Made by a program: the position numbers and the translations under genes. Positions 47,383 to 57,083 of a stretch of DNA of 64,000 nucleotides are shown here, in pieces. Below the pieces are notes generated by a model, which ran no database searches, had not been told where the DNA came from, and worked only from the letters and a program-made list of their open reading frames with translations. Each line of letters begins with the position of its first letter. Within the stretch, counting starts at the first letter, position 1. This DNA comes from a candidate division WOR-1 bacterium RIFOXYB2_FULL_42_35 (lineage in GTDB: Bacteria > Margulisbacteria > WOR-1 > O2-12-FULL-45-9), in assembly GCA_001771545.1 (NCBI GenBank), contig MEUC01000007.1:8030-72029 (forward strand). The letters are read 5' to 3'.

Positions 47383-49205
47383 TAGCTTGGGTGTCCAGAC
47401 GCCTGGTCATCCTGAAAATCAGTTAAACCCTTTAAGGCCTCTTCCAAACTATCGTTTTCCAAGGTCTCTTTTTCCATTAACACCTTGGCAATTGCTTCTA
47501 GTTCTAATTTATGCTTATTTAACAATTCCCGGGCATTTTTATGGCAGGAATTAATAATTTTACCAATTTCTTCGTCAATCCTTTCAGCGGTCTCTTCACT
47601 ATAATCTTTCATCTCGGCAATATTGCGGCCCAGAAAAACTTGTTTATCCTTGCGGCCAAAAGTGCGCAGGCCCAAGTCACTCATGCCAAATTCACAAACC
47701 ATTTTCTTGGCCAAGGCGGTTGCTCGCTCCAAGTCATTTTCCGCTCCGGAAGTAATTTCACCAAAGATTATCTCCTCAGCCGCCCTGCCACCCAACATAA
47801 CGGCAATCTTATCTAATGACTCTGACTTGCTGATTAAATGTCGATCTTCGGTAGGTAATTGCAGAGTGTAACCTAGCGCCATCCCTCTAGGTAAGATAGA
47901 AATTTTATGGACCGGATCAGCATGTGGCAGCAGCTTAGAAACTATGGCGTGGCCAACTTCATGGAAAGCCACAATTCTCTTTTCTTGGTCAGAAATAACC
48001 CGGCTCTTTTTCTCCGGTCCGGCAATCACCCGGTCAATGGCTTCCTCGACTTCTTCCATGGCAACTTCTTTTTTGTTTGCCCGAGCCGCTAAAATAGCTG
48101 CTTCATTTAAAACATTTTCCAGGTCTGCCCCGGTAAATCCAGGAGTTCGTCTAGCTACAACATTATAGTCAACATCCTTAGCTAAAGGTTTATTTTTGCC
48201 ATGAATTTTCAAGATGGCTTCACGACCATTTAAATCGGGCTTATCCAAAATAACTTGGCGGTCAAATCTGCCTGGTCTAAGCAAAGCCGGATCTAAAATG
48301 TCCGGACGGTTTGTTGCTGCTATTATAATAATGTTAGTTTTAGGATCAAAACCATCCATCTCGACCAAAAGCTGGTTTAAGGTTTGCTCCCTTTCGTCGT
48401 GCCCCCCACCCACACCAGCTCCACGATGACGACCAACCGCATCAATTTCATCCATAAAAACAATCGCCGGGGTTTGCTTTTTTGCTTCAGTAAAGAGATT
48501 GCGTACCCTTGAGGCGCCAACCCCAACAAACATCTCCACAAAGTCGGATCCTGATAAAGAAAAGAACGGCACACCCGCTTCTCCGGCAATGGCCCTAGCC
48601 AAAAGGGTTTTCCCTGTTCCAGGTGCGCCCATCAAAAGCAAACCTTTAGGCATTTTTGCCCCCAAGGCTTGAAACTTAGCCGGATTTTTGAGAAAATCAA
48701 CAATTTCTACCAGCTCTTCTTTGGCCTCATCAACACCAGCAACATCAGCAAAAGTAACATTTACTTTTCCAATCAATGGTTTGGCCCGAGACTTACCAAA
48801 AGCCATCGCTTGCGAATTAGTCGATTGGGCTTGACGGATTAAGAGCCACCAAAGCAAGCCGAAAAAGGCAATCGGAATTAACAATTGAATCGCTAAATTC
48901 CAAGCCCAATTAGCTTCTACCGGGGAATCAATCTTAATGGCAATCCCTTTACTACGTAAATCAGGGACTAACCTGGGATAGTTTAGCGCCCTAGTAAGAA
49001 ATTTGGTTTTATCAGTCAGCTTGCCAGACACCCTGTCTCCGGCAATCGTTACGTCAGCTACTTTGCCCTGATCAACCAAATCCAAAAAATTGGAGAAATC
49101 AATTTCCTTAACTCCTTTGTCAGAGGGAAACAAGGGGGCAATAACTGCCACAGCAGTTAAAAGGAGCAGTAAATATATGAAAATGTTTTTCCAGTTGGCT
49201 TTCAT
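47382..49205 (-). CDS. ftsH: ATP-dependent zinc metalloprotease FtsH
   Basis: Has two TM helices, Walker A GAPGTGKT, the SRH region and an HEVGHA zinc site. Confidence 0.96.
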   Translation of the reverse strand: MKANWKNIFIYLLLLLTAVAVIAPLFPSDKGVKEIDFSNFLDLVDQGKVADVTIAGDRVSGKLTDKTKFLTRALNYPRLVPDLRSKGIAIKIDSPVEANWAWNLAIQLLIPIAFFGLLWWLLIRQAQSTNSQAMAFGKSRAKPLIGKVNVTFADVAGVDEAKEELVEIVDFLKNPAKFQALGAKMPKGLLLMGAPGTGKTLLARAIAGEAGVPFFSLSGSDFVEMFVGVGASRVRNLFTEAKKQTPAIVFMDEIDAVGRHRGAGVGGGHDEREQTLNQLLVEMDGFDPKTNIIIIAATNRPDILDPALLRPGRFDRQVILDKPDLNGREAILKIHGKNKPLAKDVDYNVVARRTPGFTGADLENVLNEAAILAARANKKEVAMEEVEEAIDRVIAGPEKKSRVISDQEKRIVAFHEVGHAIVSKLLPHADPVHKISILPRGMALGYTLQLPTEDRHLISKSESLDKIAVMLGGRAAEEIIFGEITSGAENDLERATALAKKMVCEFGMSDLGLRTFGRKDKQVFLGRNIAEMKDYSEETAERIDEEIGKIINSCHKNARELLNKHKLELEAIAKVLMEKETLENDSLEEALKGLTDFQDDQASGHPS

Positions 49206-49267
49206 GGGAATGTCTAATTATAACATTTTTTAGCGGGGTCTTCTATTCCCTTAGTCTGCTTAGTCCG

Positions 49268-50071
49268 CTACCTTCCCTTATCCTCCGCCTGCTCCTTTGC
49301 CTTCGCCTTTTCCCAAAGCTCATCCATCTGCTCGATAGATAAAGATTTCTTAGCTAATTCTTTTTCTATTGCAGCAAAGCGGCGAATAAACTTATTGTTC
49401 GCTTGCTGTAAAGCTTCCTCGGCATTAATATCCAATTTCCTGGCCACATTCGTAATCGCAAACAACAAATCCCCAATTTCTTCACTCAGTTTTGGATTTG
49501 GAATTTTGGATTTTAGTTTTTGATCTTTGGATTTCAACAGAGCGTGAACTTCCTCGAGTTCCTCATGCACCTTCTCCCACGCCCCAGCAACTTGATCCCA
49601 ATCAAAACCGACTCGAGAAGCCCTCTTTTGGATCCGATCAGCTCGATACAATGCTGGCATAGAGTTTGGAATGCTTTTTAGCATACTTTGGTCTTTATCC
49701 TTTGATCTTTGAGCTTCTGTCTTCTTGATCTTCTCCCACTTCTCCCAAACTTGCTCTTTAGTCTTAGCATCTCCCTTAGCAAAAACATGCGGATGTCGTC
49801 TAATCATTTTGGCTGATATATTTTCAATTACATCATTAATATCAAAATGCTTATCTTCCTGAGCGAAAACCGACAACATCACTACATGAAGCAGCATGTC
49901 GCCAACTTCGTCCGCTAATTTCCGATAGTCTTGATCATCAATCGCCTGAATGGCCTCGTAAACTTCTTCAACCAAGTAGGGCTTCAAACTTTCCAGGGTT
50001 TGTTCTCTATCCCAGGGGCATTCTTGGCGCAAACGTTTAACAATCCCAACAAATTCAGTAAATTTTTTCAC
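49268..50071 (-). CDS. mazG: nucleoside triphosphate pyrophosphohydrolase MazG
   Basis: Has tandem MazG domains (ECPWDREQT...EEVYE...EVGDMLL and EELEEV...EIGDLLFAITNVAR). Confidence 0.9.
   Translation of the reverse strand: MKKFTEFVGIVKRLRQECPWDREQTLESLKPYLVEEVYEAIQAIDDQDYRKLADEVGDMLLHVVMLSVFAQEDKHFDINDVIENISAKMIRRHPHVFAKGDAKTKEQVWEKWEKIKKTEAQRSKDKDQSMLKSIPNSMPALYRADRIQKRASRVGFDWDQVAGAWEKVHEELEEVHALLKSKDQKLKSKIPNPKLSEEIGDLLFAITNVARKLDINAEEALQQANNKFIRRFAAIEKELAKKSLSIEQMDELWEKAKAKEQAEDKGR
49488..49537 (-). repeat. word-repeat element in frame inside mazG
   Basis: GTTTTGGATTTGGAATTTTGGATTTTAGTTTTTGATCTTTGGATTTCAAC encodes LKSKDQKLKSKIPNPKL. Confidence 0.8.
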
Positions 50072-50092
50072 AATGAATTGATTATAACGGGG

Positions 50093-50785
50093 TTAAGACC
50101 AGAGGTCAATTGTGGAAAAACCATGTTCTTCCGCTAAATGATGAAATATTTCCAAGCAGAATTTTAAGTGAGCAACCCTATTAACATACTGATCAGGTCG
50201 TTTCTCTTGTTCTATATAAGCCGCTGCTGCCAATTGTTTAGCTTGAATCCTAAGATCGCTCAAGGCCAAAACATTATCAATTGCTATCATGACCTCATTC
50301 TTCCTTTGAGAATAACCGATTTGATTGGGCGTCATTTTACAAAAATCTCCACCAGGCATACACCCCATAAAGTTATTAAGATAACAAGCTAAACCCCGAT
50401 ACAAATCTTCTTCTTTTAATTTATCGGGATCCGACAAGCAGGCTTTCCATTTTTCTTTAATTTCTCCACTCTTACTCTTAGAGGAATGGCAAGGAAAATA
50501 CATCCTTTGGTGATCATCTATCAAACCAATAAAACAATACTTCAGATAAGGGTCATCCTGAAATCTGGCAATAGTGCTAGCTGGAATACTTTTTAACCCC
50601 GCATATCGGGCAAAAACCAGTAGTGCTGGGATTAATGACCCTGTTTTTTCAGGGATATTTGCTTTAGTTCGAACCTTGTTTCGGTAAATTGGATCAGGTA
50701 CCCGATGTTGCCATGGCTCTAAAGGGATTGCCTGCCTAGCCAAAGCATAAAAACCACTCACAGTATAAGCAGGATGAATTGACAT
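50093..50785 (-). CDS. hypothetical Cys-rich protein (230 aa)
   Basis: Long intact ORF. No family recognised. Confidence 0.45.
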   Translation of the reverse strand: MSIHPAYTVSGFYALARQAIPLEPWQHRVPDPIYRNKVRTKANIPEKTGSLIPALLVFARYAGLKSIPASTIARFQDDPYLKYCFIGLIDDHQRMYFPCHSSKSKSGEIKEKWKACLSDPDKLKEEDLYRGLACYLNNFMGCMPGGDFCKMTPNQIGYSQRKNEVMIAIDNVLALSDLRIQAKQLAAAAYIEQEKRPDQYVNRVAHLKFCLEIFHHLAEEHGFSTIDLWS

Positions 50786-50887
50786 ATCTAAGCCTCATAT
50801 ATGTATCGTTAAAATTAAGCAGAAATTGCAAAAATCGTGCAAGTTTTGGCCTACTTATTCCGATATATTATGTGAAGAGCAACCATA

Positions 50888-51175
50888 ATGTCTATACAAC
50901 AAAAAGAACAAACAAAAGGGCCAGATTTGAAAGCCTTGGGATTAAAGTCCCCCATGGAAGTTATTGACATTTTGGCTTTAATAAAAATAGACGGTAAATC
51001 GGTAATCAATGATCATAGCATCTTACTTAATCCCAAAGCCAAAGCCCAGGCCGTGGTTGAGTTTTATCATGAAAATTTTAACGTCAAACCAAATGACCTG
51101 CCTCATATTGCTTCCATGATCAAAAAAGAAATTATTAAAAGAAAAGGCTTAAGGGGACAAGAACATGGCCGTTAA
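50888..51175 (+). CDS. hypothetical protein (95 aa)
   Basis: First gene of a tightly packed three-ORF plus-strand unit. No family recognised. Confidence 0.4.
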   Translation: MSIQQKEQTKGPDLKALGLKSPMEVIDILALIKIDGKSVINDHSILLNPKAKAQAVVEFYHENFNVKPNDLPHIASMIKKEIIKRKGLRGQEHGR

Positions 51176-51632
51176 TGCCGCCAACACACAACAAATACCA
51201 CAAGCCCATCTCCCTGCCATAGGTGCATTAGGAGCAGAAAGTAGAAGGCCAGATGCTGATCTTCTGTTTACCGGAGAACAGGTAAGCCAAATATGCCAAA
51301 CATGTAAACAACGCAATCAACCTAATGTTGATCGGGCAGAAATTAGGCCTGGAACACTTCCTAGAAAAAATCCAGCTAGAACCAATCGTCTAATTTCTCA
51401 TGCCCCCAGGGAAATAAAAACTGGTCAAAAATTTAATCCTGAAGAAGCAGCTCAAGCAACAATTAGAACCGGATCCCCTTTACAATTATGCAGCTCAACA
51501 AAACTAGGCACCCTTGGCGCACTTTTTCAATTAACCCGCACCTGCAATCCCAAGCTCGCTAATTTAATCAGGCATGCAGCCGCTACAGAAAAAGCCAAAA
51601 TACAAGAACAAAAACTAGAGGTGGTAGCATAA
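51165..51632 (+). CDS. hypothetical protein (155 aa)
   Basis: It overlaps the previous ORF by 11 nt. The sequence is polar, Pro/Gln/Arg-rich and looks disordered. Confidence 0.4.
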   Translation: MAVNAANTQQIPQAHLPAIGALGAESRRPDADLLFTGEQVSQICQTCKQRNQPNVDRAEIRPGTLPRKNPARTNRLISHAPREIKTGQKFNPEEAAQATIRTGSPLQLCSSTKLGTLGALFQLTRTCNPKLANLIRHAAATEKAKIQEQKLEVVA

Positions 51633-51634
51633 TT

Positions 51635-51967
51635 ATGTTTCCCGAAGAAAATGACAACAAAGAGATGTCTGAGCTTGAAGAGGCCTTAAAAGAGATGTGG
51701 CTGGAACAAGGCAACCCTTCGGTTATTGCCGCTAAGCACGCTGAATTTGTCGTTGAACCCAAGGTCTTCTTTGGCAACAAACTAAATCCGGCAATCTTAA
51801 AACTTCTGGTAGTTAACTACTTAGCCCACACCTCAACCCAAGACTCCGGCGCAGGCAATGTGGATGTAACACCAGAAAAGTTAGTGATTAAGAGCCCTAA
51901 GGGCAAGCCTCTGGTGATCGTTCGCGACAAGAAGATTATCGGAGAATATTTACAGAAACAAGGCTAA
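51635..51967 (+). CDS. hypothetical protein (110 aa)
   Basis: It starts 2 nt after the previous stop. Its 3' end overlaps the mfd 3' end convergently by 32 nt. Confidence 0.4.
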   Translation: MFPEENDNKEMSELEEALKEMWLEQGNPSVIAAKHAEFVVEPKVFFGNKLNPAILKLLVVNYLAHTSTQDSGAGNVDVTPEKLVIKSPKGKPLVIVRDKKIIGEYLQKQG

Positions 51968-54956
51968 TTTTATCCCGTCCCCTGACCTCAAGCTGCTTAT
52001 ATTTACCTGACAGCCATTCAATCACAATTTTATTGCCCTGCTCTTTAACGCTTTTAACTTGAGCCTTCATGGCTTTAATTTTCAAATCGAGAATTTTAAA
52101 TAAATTAAGGAGATTATCAGGCACAGCGCCAAAACGATCGCACAGCTCCACTTTAAGCTCTTCTAAGGCTTGTTTGGTTTCGGCCAGATTGAGACGACGG
52201 TACATGGCAATGCGCTGGCGATCATCAGTAATATAATCCCTGGGGATAAAAGCATTAACCTTAAGATCAATCTGCACTTCACGGGGGGTAACTTCCTTAA
52301 TCCCCTTAACCTCACGCACAGCCTGCTCCAACAATTCACAATAAAGATCAAACCCGACTTCCAGAATATGGCCGGATTGTTCTGCTCCCAACAAATTACC
52401 TGCCCCACGAATTTCTAGATCCCGCATGGCTAGTTTATAGCCGGAACCGAGCGAGGTGAACTCCTGAATTGCAGTTAATCTCTCCATGGCTTGGTCTGTG
52501 ATAACCTTTTCTGGATGGTAGAAGAGATAAGCATAAGCCCTTACGGCAGAACGACCCACCCTCCCCCTAATCTGGTATAGCTGGGATAAACCAAAACGCT
52601 CGGCCCGGTCAATTAAAATAGTATTAACGTTAGTAATATCAAGCCCCGACTCAATAATTGAAGTGCAGATTAAGAGATCATATTTACGCTCCATAAAATC
52701 AATCATTCTTTTTTCTAAAACCCTGGGCGGCATTTGACCATGAGCCACCGAGACTTTAGCTTCCGGAACAAGTTTTTTTATTTTAGCGGCAAACCCTTCA
52801 ATGGTTTCTACAAAATTATGCAAAAAGTAAATCTGTCCACCACGATCAAGCTCGCGCAAGATTGCTTCTCTGATAACGGCCTCGCTCCAAGGCACCACAT
52901 AAGTGCGAATGGGCGAACGGTCAAGGGGCGGCGTGGTAATCGTGCTCATGGAGCGAATCCCTGCCAGCGATAAATATAAGGTTCTTGGGATTGGCGTAGC
53001 AGTTAGGGTTAAAACATCAACATTCTTTTTCAATCGTTTAAGTTTCTCTTTATGTCCTACGCCAAAACGCTGTTCTTCGTCAATAACCAACAAACCAAGA
53101 TCTTTAAACCTCACATCTTTTGAGAGGAGTCGATGCGTGCCAATCACAATATCAACGCCCCCCTGCTCTAAGGCTTTAACTGTTACAGCCTGCTCTTTTT
53201 TACTGCGGAAGCGGGAGAGCATCTCAATCACAAATGGTGAGCTGTGGAAGCGTTCTTTAAAATTATTATAATGCTGTTCCGTTAAAATAGTTGTGGGGGC
53301 TAAAACTGCCACTTGTTTGCCGGCGGAAACAGCCTTAGCAGCCGCCCGAATAGCAACCTCTGTTTTGCCATAGCCAACATCCCCGCAAACCAAGCGATCC
53401 ATGGGCCGCTCCGATTCCATTTCTTTATTTGTTTCGGCAATGGCCCTATGCTGATCGGGCGTTTCCTCATAAGGGAAAGTATTGGCCAATTCTTTCTGCC
53501 AGAGATCATCGGCCGGATAAATAAAGCCGGGTTGTTTTTCTCTGACCGCATATAGCTCCAGCAGCTCCTTGGTCATATCACGCAAGCGTTTTTTTACCTG
53601 GCTTTTGGTCTTTTGCCAGGCTGGCGTTCCTAATCTGCTCAGTTTGGGTTGGTACTCCCCTACCCCGGCATATTTTTCAACCAGGCCGGCTTGGCTGGGC
53701 GGCACATAGACCTTAACACTTTCCGCAAAACCCAAGGCCAGATATTCTTGATCCAATTCTTCAATTTTAATCTTGGTCATACCCAAGAAAACGGCGATGC
53801 CATAGTTTTCATGGACAACAAAATCGCCAGGCTTTAAATCGGCCAAAAGCTCATCCGAGACCCCTTCGTTAACTATGGGACTAACTTTTTTGAGGACAAC
53901 TTTTTCGCCAAACAGCTCTTTGTCACTCAAAATTGTTTTCTCTTCAAAAACAAAACCGCCTCCCAAACTCCCCTCAATAACCTGGGCAACAATTTCTTCT
54001 CTGATCCTGGTGGCATGCTTGCTGATAACAATTGTTTCCGGAGAAATAGCTTCGATTTTATTCAGATAATCTTGTGGTGCAGAGAAATACGGATTTGAGT
54101 GAGGGTCAAGAAAGGTAGAACATTCCAGGTTCCTATAAGATTCTATTAGTGTCAATATCTCTGCAAAACTTAAATATCCCTTAGCTTCATCCAAGTGTTT
54201 CTGCGCTGCCTGTTCAACCATCAGCTTCTCGGCCAGAACAACTAACGTATCCTCCGGCAAATGATCAAAAAGAGGGACTTCGAATCTTTCTCTGGCAGGC
54301 AAAATAATTATTTGTGCGATTTTATTAATTGAGCGTTGGGTATGCGCATCAAAAGAGCGCAAACTTTCGATTTTATCACCGACAAACTCCAGTCGCATCG
54401 GCTGATCGGAATTCAAAGCAAAGATATCAATTATTCCACCACGCACAGAAAACTCGCCCCTGCCCCCCACAATATCAAAACGCTTATAGCCGAGCAGAAT
54501 CAATTGCTCAATTAGGCAATCGATTCTGATAACTTGCTTAACTGCTATCTTGATATTCTCCAGTTTCTGGTTGGTCTTCCACATTATTGCTTCAACTGGC
54601 GCTATAACAATGCCTTTATCTCCACTATCCCAACTATTTAAGACGGTTAGACGCTCGCCAATAATTTCCTGGCTCGGTTTTAGCTCTTCTCCGGGCAAAA
54701 TATCCGGGGCAGGAAAAAGCCGGACAGTTTGTTCTGAGAAAAGACCAATTTCCGACTTTAAAACCTGCGCCCGATCAGTATTGGCAGTAATAATCAGGAT
54801 ATTTTTAAAGTCTTGGGCTAAGGCAGACAGAATTAAGGCTTGTGAAGAGCCAATTAAACCAGAAAAAGAGCTTTTTCTGGTTTCCTTTAAGGCACAAAGA
54901 TGATCATTGTAATACGAAGATTGCTTTAGAGTTTCTAGAATGTGTTCAATGGACAT
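51936..54956 (-). CDS. mfd: transcription-repair coupling factor
   Basis: Has a UvrB-homology N-terminal region, a CarD-like RNAP-interacting domain (FVVHENYGIAVF), DEAD-type helicase motifs (GDVGYGKTEVA, VIDEEQRFG) and a TRCF domain. ATG 54956 is preferred. The track start 55010 is a GTG. Confidence 0.95.
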   Translation of the reverse strand: MSIEHILETLKQSSYYNDHLCALKETRKSSFSGLIGSSQALILSALAQDFKNILIITANTDRAQVLKSEIGLFSEQTVRLFPAPDILPGEELKPSQEIIGERLTVLNSWDSGDKGIVIAPVEAIMWKTNQKLENIKIAVKQVIRIDCLIEQLILLGYKRFDIVGGRGEFSVRGGIIDIFALNSDQPMRLEFVGDKIESLRSFDAHTQRSINKIAQIIILPARERFEVPLFDHLPEDTLVVLAEKLMVEQAAQKHLDEAKGYLSFAEILTLIESYRNLECSTFLDPHSNPYFSAPQDYLNKIEAISPETIVISKHATRIREEIVAQVIEGSLGGGFVFEEKTILSDKELFGEKVVLKKVSPIVNEGVSDELLADLKPGDFVVHENYGIAVFLGMTKIKIEELDQEYLALGFAESVKVYVPPSQAGLVEKYAGVGEYQPKLSRLGTPAWQKTKSQVKKRLRDMTKELLELYAVREKQPGFIYPADDLWQKELANTFPYEETPDQHRAIAETNKEMESERPMDRLVCGDVGYGKTEVAIRAAAKAVSAGKQVAVLAPTTILTEQHYNNFKERFHSSPFVIEMLSRFRSKKEQAVTVKALEQGGVDIVIGTHRLLSKDVRFKDLGLLVIDEEQRFGVGHKEKLKRLKKNVDVLTLTATPIPRTLYLSLAGIRSMSTITTPPLDRSPIRTYVVPWSEAVIREAILRELDRGGQIYFLHNFVETIEGFAAKIKKLVPEAKVSVAHGQMPPRVLEKRMIDFMERKYDLLICTSIIESGLDITNVNTILIDRAERFGLSQLYQIRGRVGRSAVRAYAYLFYHPEKVITDQAMERLTAIQEFTSLGSGYKLAMRDLEIRGAGNLLGAEQSGHILEVGFDLYCELLEQAVREVKGIKEVTPREVQIDLKVNAFIPRDYITDDRQRIAMYRRLNLAETKQALEELKVELCDRFGAVPDNLLNLFKILDLKIKAMKAQVKSVKEQGNKIVIEWLSGKYKQLEVRGRDKISLVSVNILR

Positions 54957-55070
54957 TAAGGTTATTTTAACATGATTAAGTTGCTTATCTCGAATTTTAT
55001 CACTAATCACTTGTCACTAATCTACCCAAATAAAGTCAGGCCCCAAATTGGGATCACAAATTCTCCAATT

Positions 55071-56252
55071 TTAAGCTTCTATTAAAAGATTAATATCTTG
55101 CCAGGGCCAAGCCCAAATATTTGCGGCAAGTTTTACTTTTCTTGGCGTTTGGCAAACCAGATATCCTTTGCTGGCTTGAGGATATTCTTCAAGAAAAACC
55201 TTAAGATGCCTAAGATCTTTGGGGCGTGGAGTTTTCGTCCATTTCACCTCAATCGGTACAAACCGGCCTTCTTTTTCAATTACCCAGTCAACCTCTGGCC
55301 CATCAGGATCACGCCAAAACCTTATTTTAGTGCCAGGCTTAGCTAATCGGGCATAACGTATAAGCTCAAGGCCAACAAACTGCTCAAAAAGTTCTCCCAG
55401 GCGACTGGGCAAAAGCCGGCCTCCTTCTCTAGCACAGAGTCGCCGCACTCCCAAGTCAAAAAGTAAAAACCGGCTGGCGCGGGTGAGCTTTTTACGGGTT
55501 CTGCTCTGGCTTATGGGCTCAACAAACTCGGCAATGAGACAGTCCTTTAATATTTCAAAATAAGACATGATGGTAGTATGGCTAACGCCAATTTCCTGCG
55601 AAAGGGAGCGGAAGTTAAGAATTTTTCCTGATCCCTGCCCGGCATATTCCAAAAAGCGTGCGAATGATCCAACATTCCTGACCAAGGCTTCGGAACGGAC
55701 TTCTTCTTCAAGATAAGCTTCAACATATGAAGCCAGATCTATTTCCCGGTCAGACAGGTTTCTTTCTTTAACGATGCCAGGCAATGTTCCATAAAGCAAA
55801 ACCTGTTCCAAGGAAGGAACAGGAAATTCATGATAAACAAAAGGGTCTAGGCGCAAACTAACCAGGCGGCCAGGCAGCAAGTTAAGATCAGAACCTCTTT
55901 TCAATTTCCTGGCGCTTGATCCGGTCAAAACAAATTGGGCAATCTGGTTGTCAATTAGATACTGCACCACATCCATAATAGCCGGAACCTTCTGGACCTC
56001 ATCCAAGCAGACAAAAACCTTCCCTTTCTTTTTGCCAGTTGCCAAGGCTTCTACTTCTCCCTGCAAAAGATCAGGCTCTTTTTCATAACGCTGTCTGGTT
56101 GCCGGCAAAAGAAAAGAAAGCACAAGATCAAAGGTAAATTTTTTGATTAGGGTTGACTTCCCTGTTTGTCGCGGCCCCAGAAGCAGGACGCTTTTCCCTC
56201 TATTTAAGTGGTGCTGCAAAATGCTTTCCAGCAATCTCTCTTTGTATTGCAT
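55071..56252 (-). CDS. AAA+ ATPase with C-terminal DUF4143-type domain
   Basis: Has Walker A GPRQTGKST and Walker B VFVCLDEVQ. The C-terminal EVDWVIEKEGRFVPIEVKW is a D...ExK motif. Confidence 0.8.
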   Translation of the reverse strand: MQYKERLLESILQHHLNRGKSVLLLGPRQTGKSTLIKKFTFDLVLSFLLPATRQRYEKEPDLLQGEVEALATGKKKGKVFVCLDEVQKVPAIMDVVQYLIDNQIAQFVLTGSSARKLKRGSDLNLLPGRLVSLRLDPFVYHEFPVPSLEQVLLYGTLPGIVKERNLSDREIDLASYVEAYLEEEVRSEALVRNVGSFARFLEYAGQGSGKILNFRSLSQEIGVSHTTIMSYFEILKDCLIAEFVEPISQSRTRKKLTRASRFLLFDLGVRRLCAREGGRLLPSRLGELFEQFVGLELIRYARLAKPGTKIRFWRDPDGPEVDWVIEKEGRFVPIEVKWTKTPRPKDLRHLKVFLEEYPQASKGYLVCQTPRKVKLAANIWAWPWQDINLLIEA

Positions 56253-56259
56253 CCCCTAC

Positions 56260-56288
56260 ATTTTCGCCGAAAATTGCAAGGATGTCAA
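56260..56288 (-). promoter_or_regulatory. sigma70-like promoter for the ATPase gene, abutting the homopolymer tract
   Basis: The minus strand reads TTGACA-N17-GAAAAT. It ends 7 nt before ATG 56252, which implies a very short or absent leader. Confidence 0.45.
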
Positions 56289-56308
56289 GGGGGGGGGGGG
56301 GGGGGGGG
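56289..56308. repeat. 20-nt poly-G (poly-C on the coding strand) homopolymer
   Basis: I counted 20 consecutive G. The tract lies immediately upstream of the -35 hexamer. Confidence 0.9.
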
Positions 56309-56310
56309 TC

Positions 56311-56343
56311 CAAACAAAAAGGGGAAGCTTGGGAGCTTCCCCT
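56311..56343 (-). terminator. intrinsic terminator after the 174-aa ORF
   Basis: The minus strand reads AGGGGAAGCT-CCCA-AGCTTCCCCT followed by TTTTTGTTTG. Confidence 0.7.
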
Positions 56344-56369
56344 TTCAAATTAACCTAAACAGCAAAAGA

Positions 56370-56894
56370 CTATTTTGGCGGATAATTCTTGCCAGCGCAA
56401 CCCATATCAAAACCTATAGAGGGACGCAGGCTCTCACCTAAAACAACTACCTCTTCTTTGAACCTAATCGGCATCGAATTCATACCAACAGGACCGTGGA
56501 TATCTTTGGTCGCGAATTGATATGTAGACCACAACTCTCTCATTGGCTCCTTTGACAGACCTCTTTTTTCGACAGCTGGATGATTTCTCGAAATCTGCCA
56601 TTGCAAATAAGTAACCATAGTACCCAATGACATAGTGCCAAGATCTTCAGTTATATCACCGGATTTTTCTCTTAGCGCACTTACCATGAAAGGACCCCTA
56701 TTTATATCTGCAACATGAATACGTGGACGGCCCTCCGTGATTTTCAAATTTTCCATACCAGCACCTGCTGTCCTTTTCAAGGAAGCAAGGTATTGTCTAT
56801 AACCCTTATTTATTTCTCGCAAGGCCGGTTTTTCAACAATCTGCCTATATAAATAGTCAACCATTCTTGTAGCCACTCTTTCTGCAATTCCCAT
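56370..56894 (-). CDS. hypothetical protein (174 aa)
   Basis: Has a strong AAGGAGG SD and its own terminator. No family recognised. Confidence 0.5.
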   Translation of the reverse strand: MGIAERVATRMVDYLYRQIVEKPALREINKGYRQYLASLKRTAGAGMENLKITEGRPRIHVADINRGPFMVSALREKSGDITEDLGTMSLGTMVTYLQWQISRNHPAVEKRGLSKEPMRELWSTYQFATKDIHGPVGMNSMPIRFKEEVVVLGESLRPSIGFDMGCAGKNYPPK

Positions 56895-56914
56895 TTTCTT
56901 TTCCTCCTTTTAAT

Positions 56915-56970
56915 TCCTTGTAACTTTTATCACTTTGATCTTGACACTTTGATCTTTGAGCTTGTTTTAT
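56915..56970 (-). repeat. intergenic word-repeat element
   Basis: The sequence is CTTGTAACTTTTATCACTTTGATCTTGACACTTTGATCTTTGAGCTTGTTTTATG. Confidence 0.75.
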
Positions 56971-57083
56971 GCACCTCCCTGGGTATCTGTTTTATGTCTC
57001 TCTATAGTATTATCGTCACTTTTTGGTAAAAATTGCAGTTTTTATGAAAAATAATTTTGGAGTTTTTTTTCGGGAACGTGCTA

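Noticed and set aside
56153-56441. Short plus-strand ORFs crossing the poly-G tract (encoding GGGGGG runs)
   Set aside because: They are artefacts of the homopolymer. They overlap the ATPase gene, its promoter and the terminator on the other strand, and have no start context.
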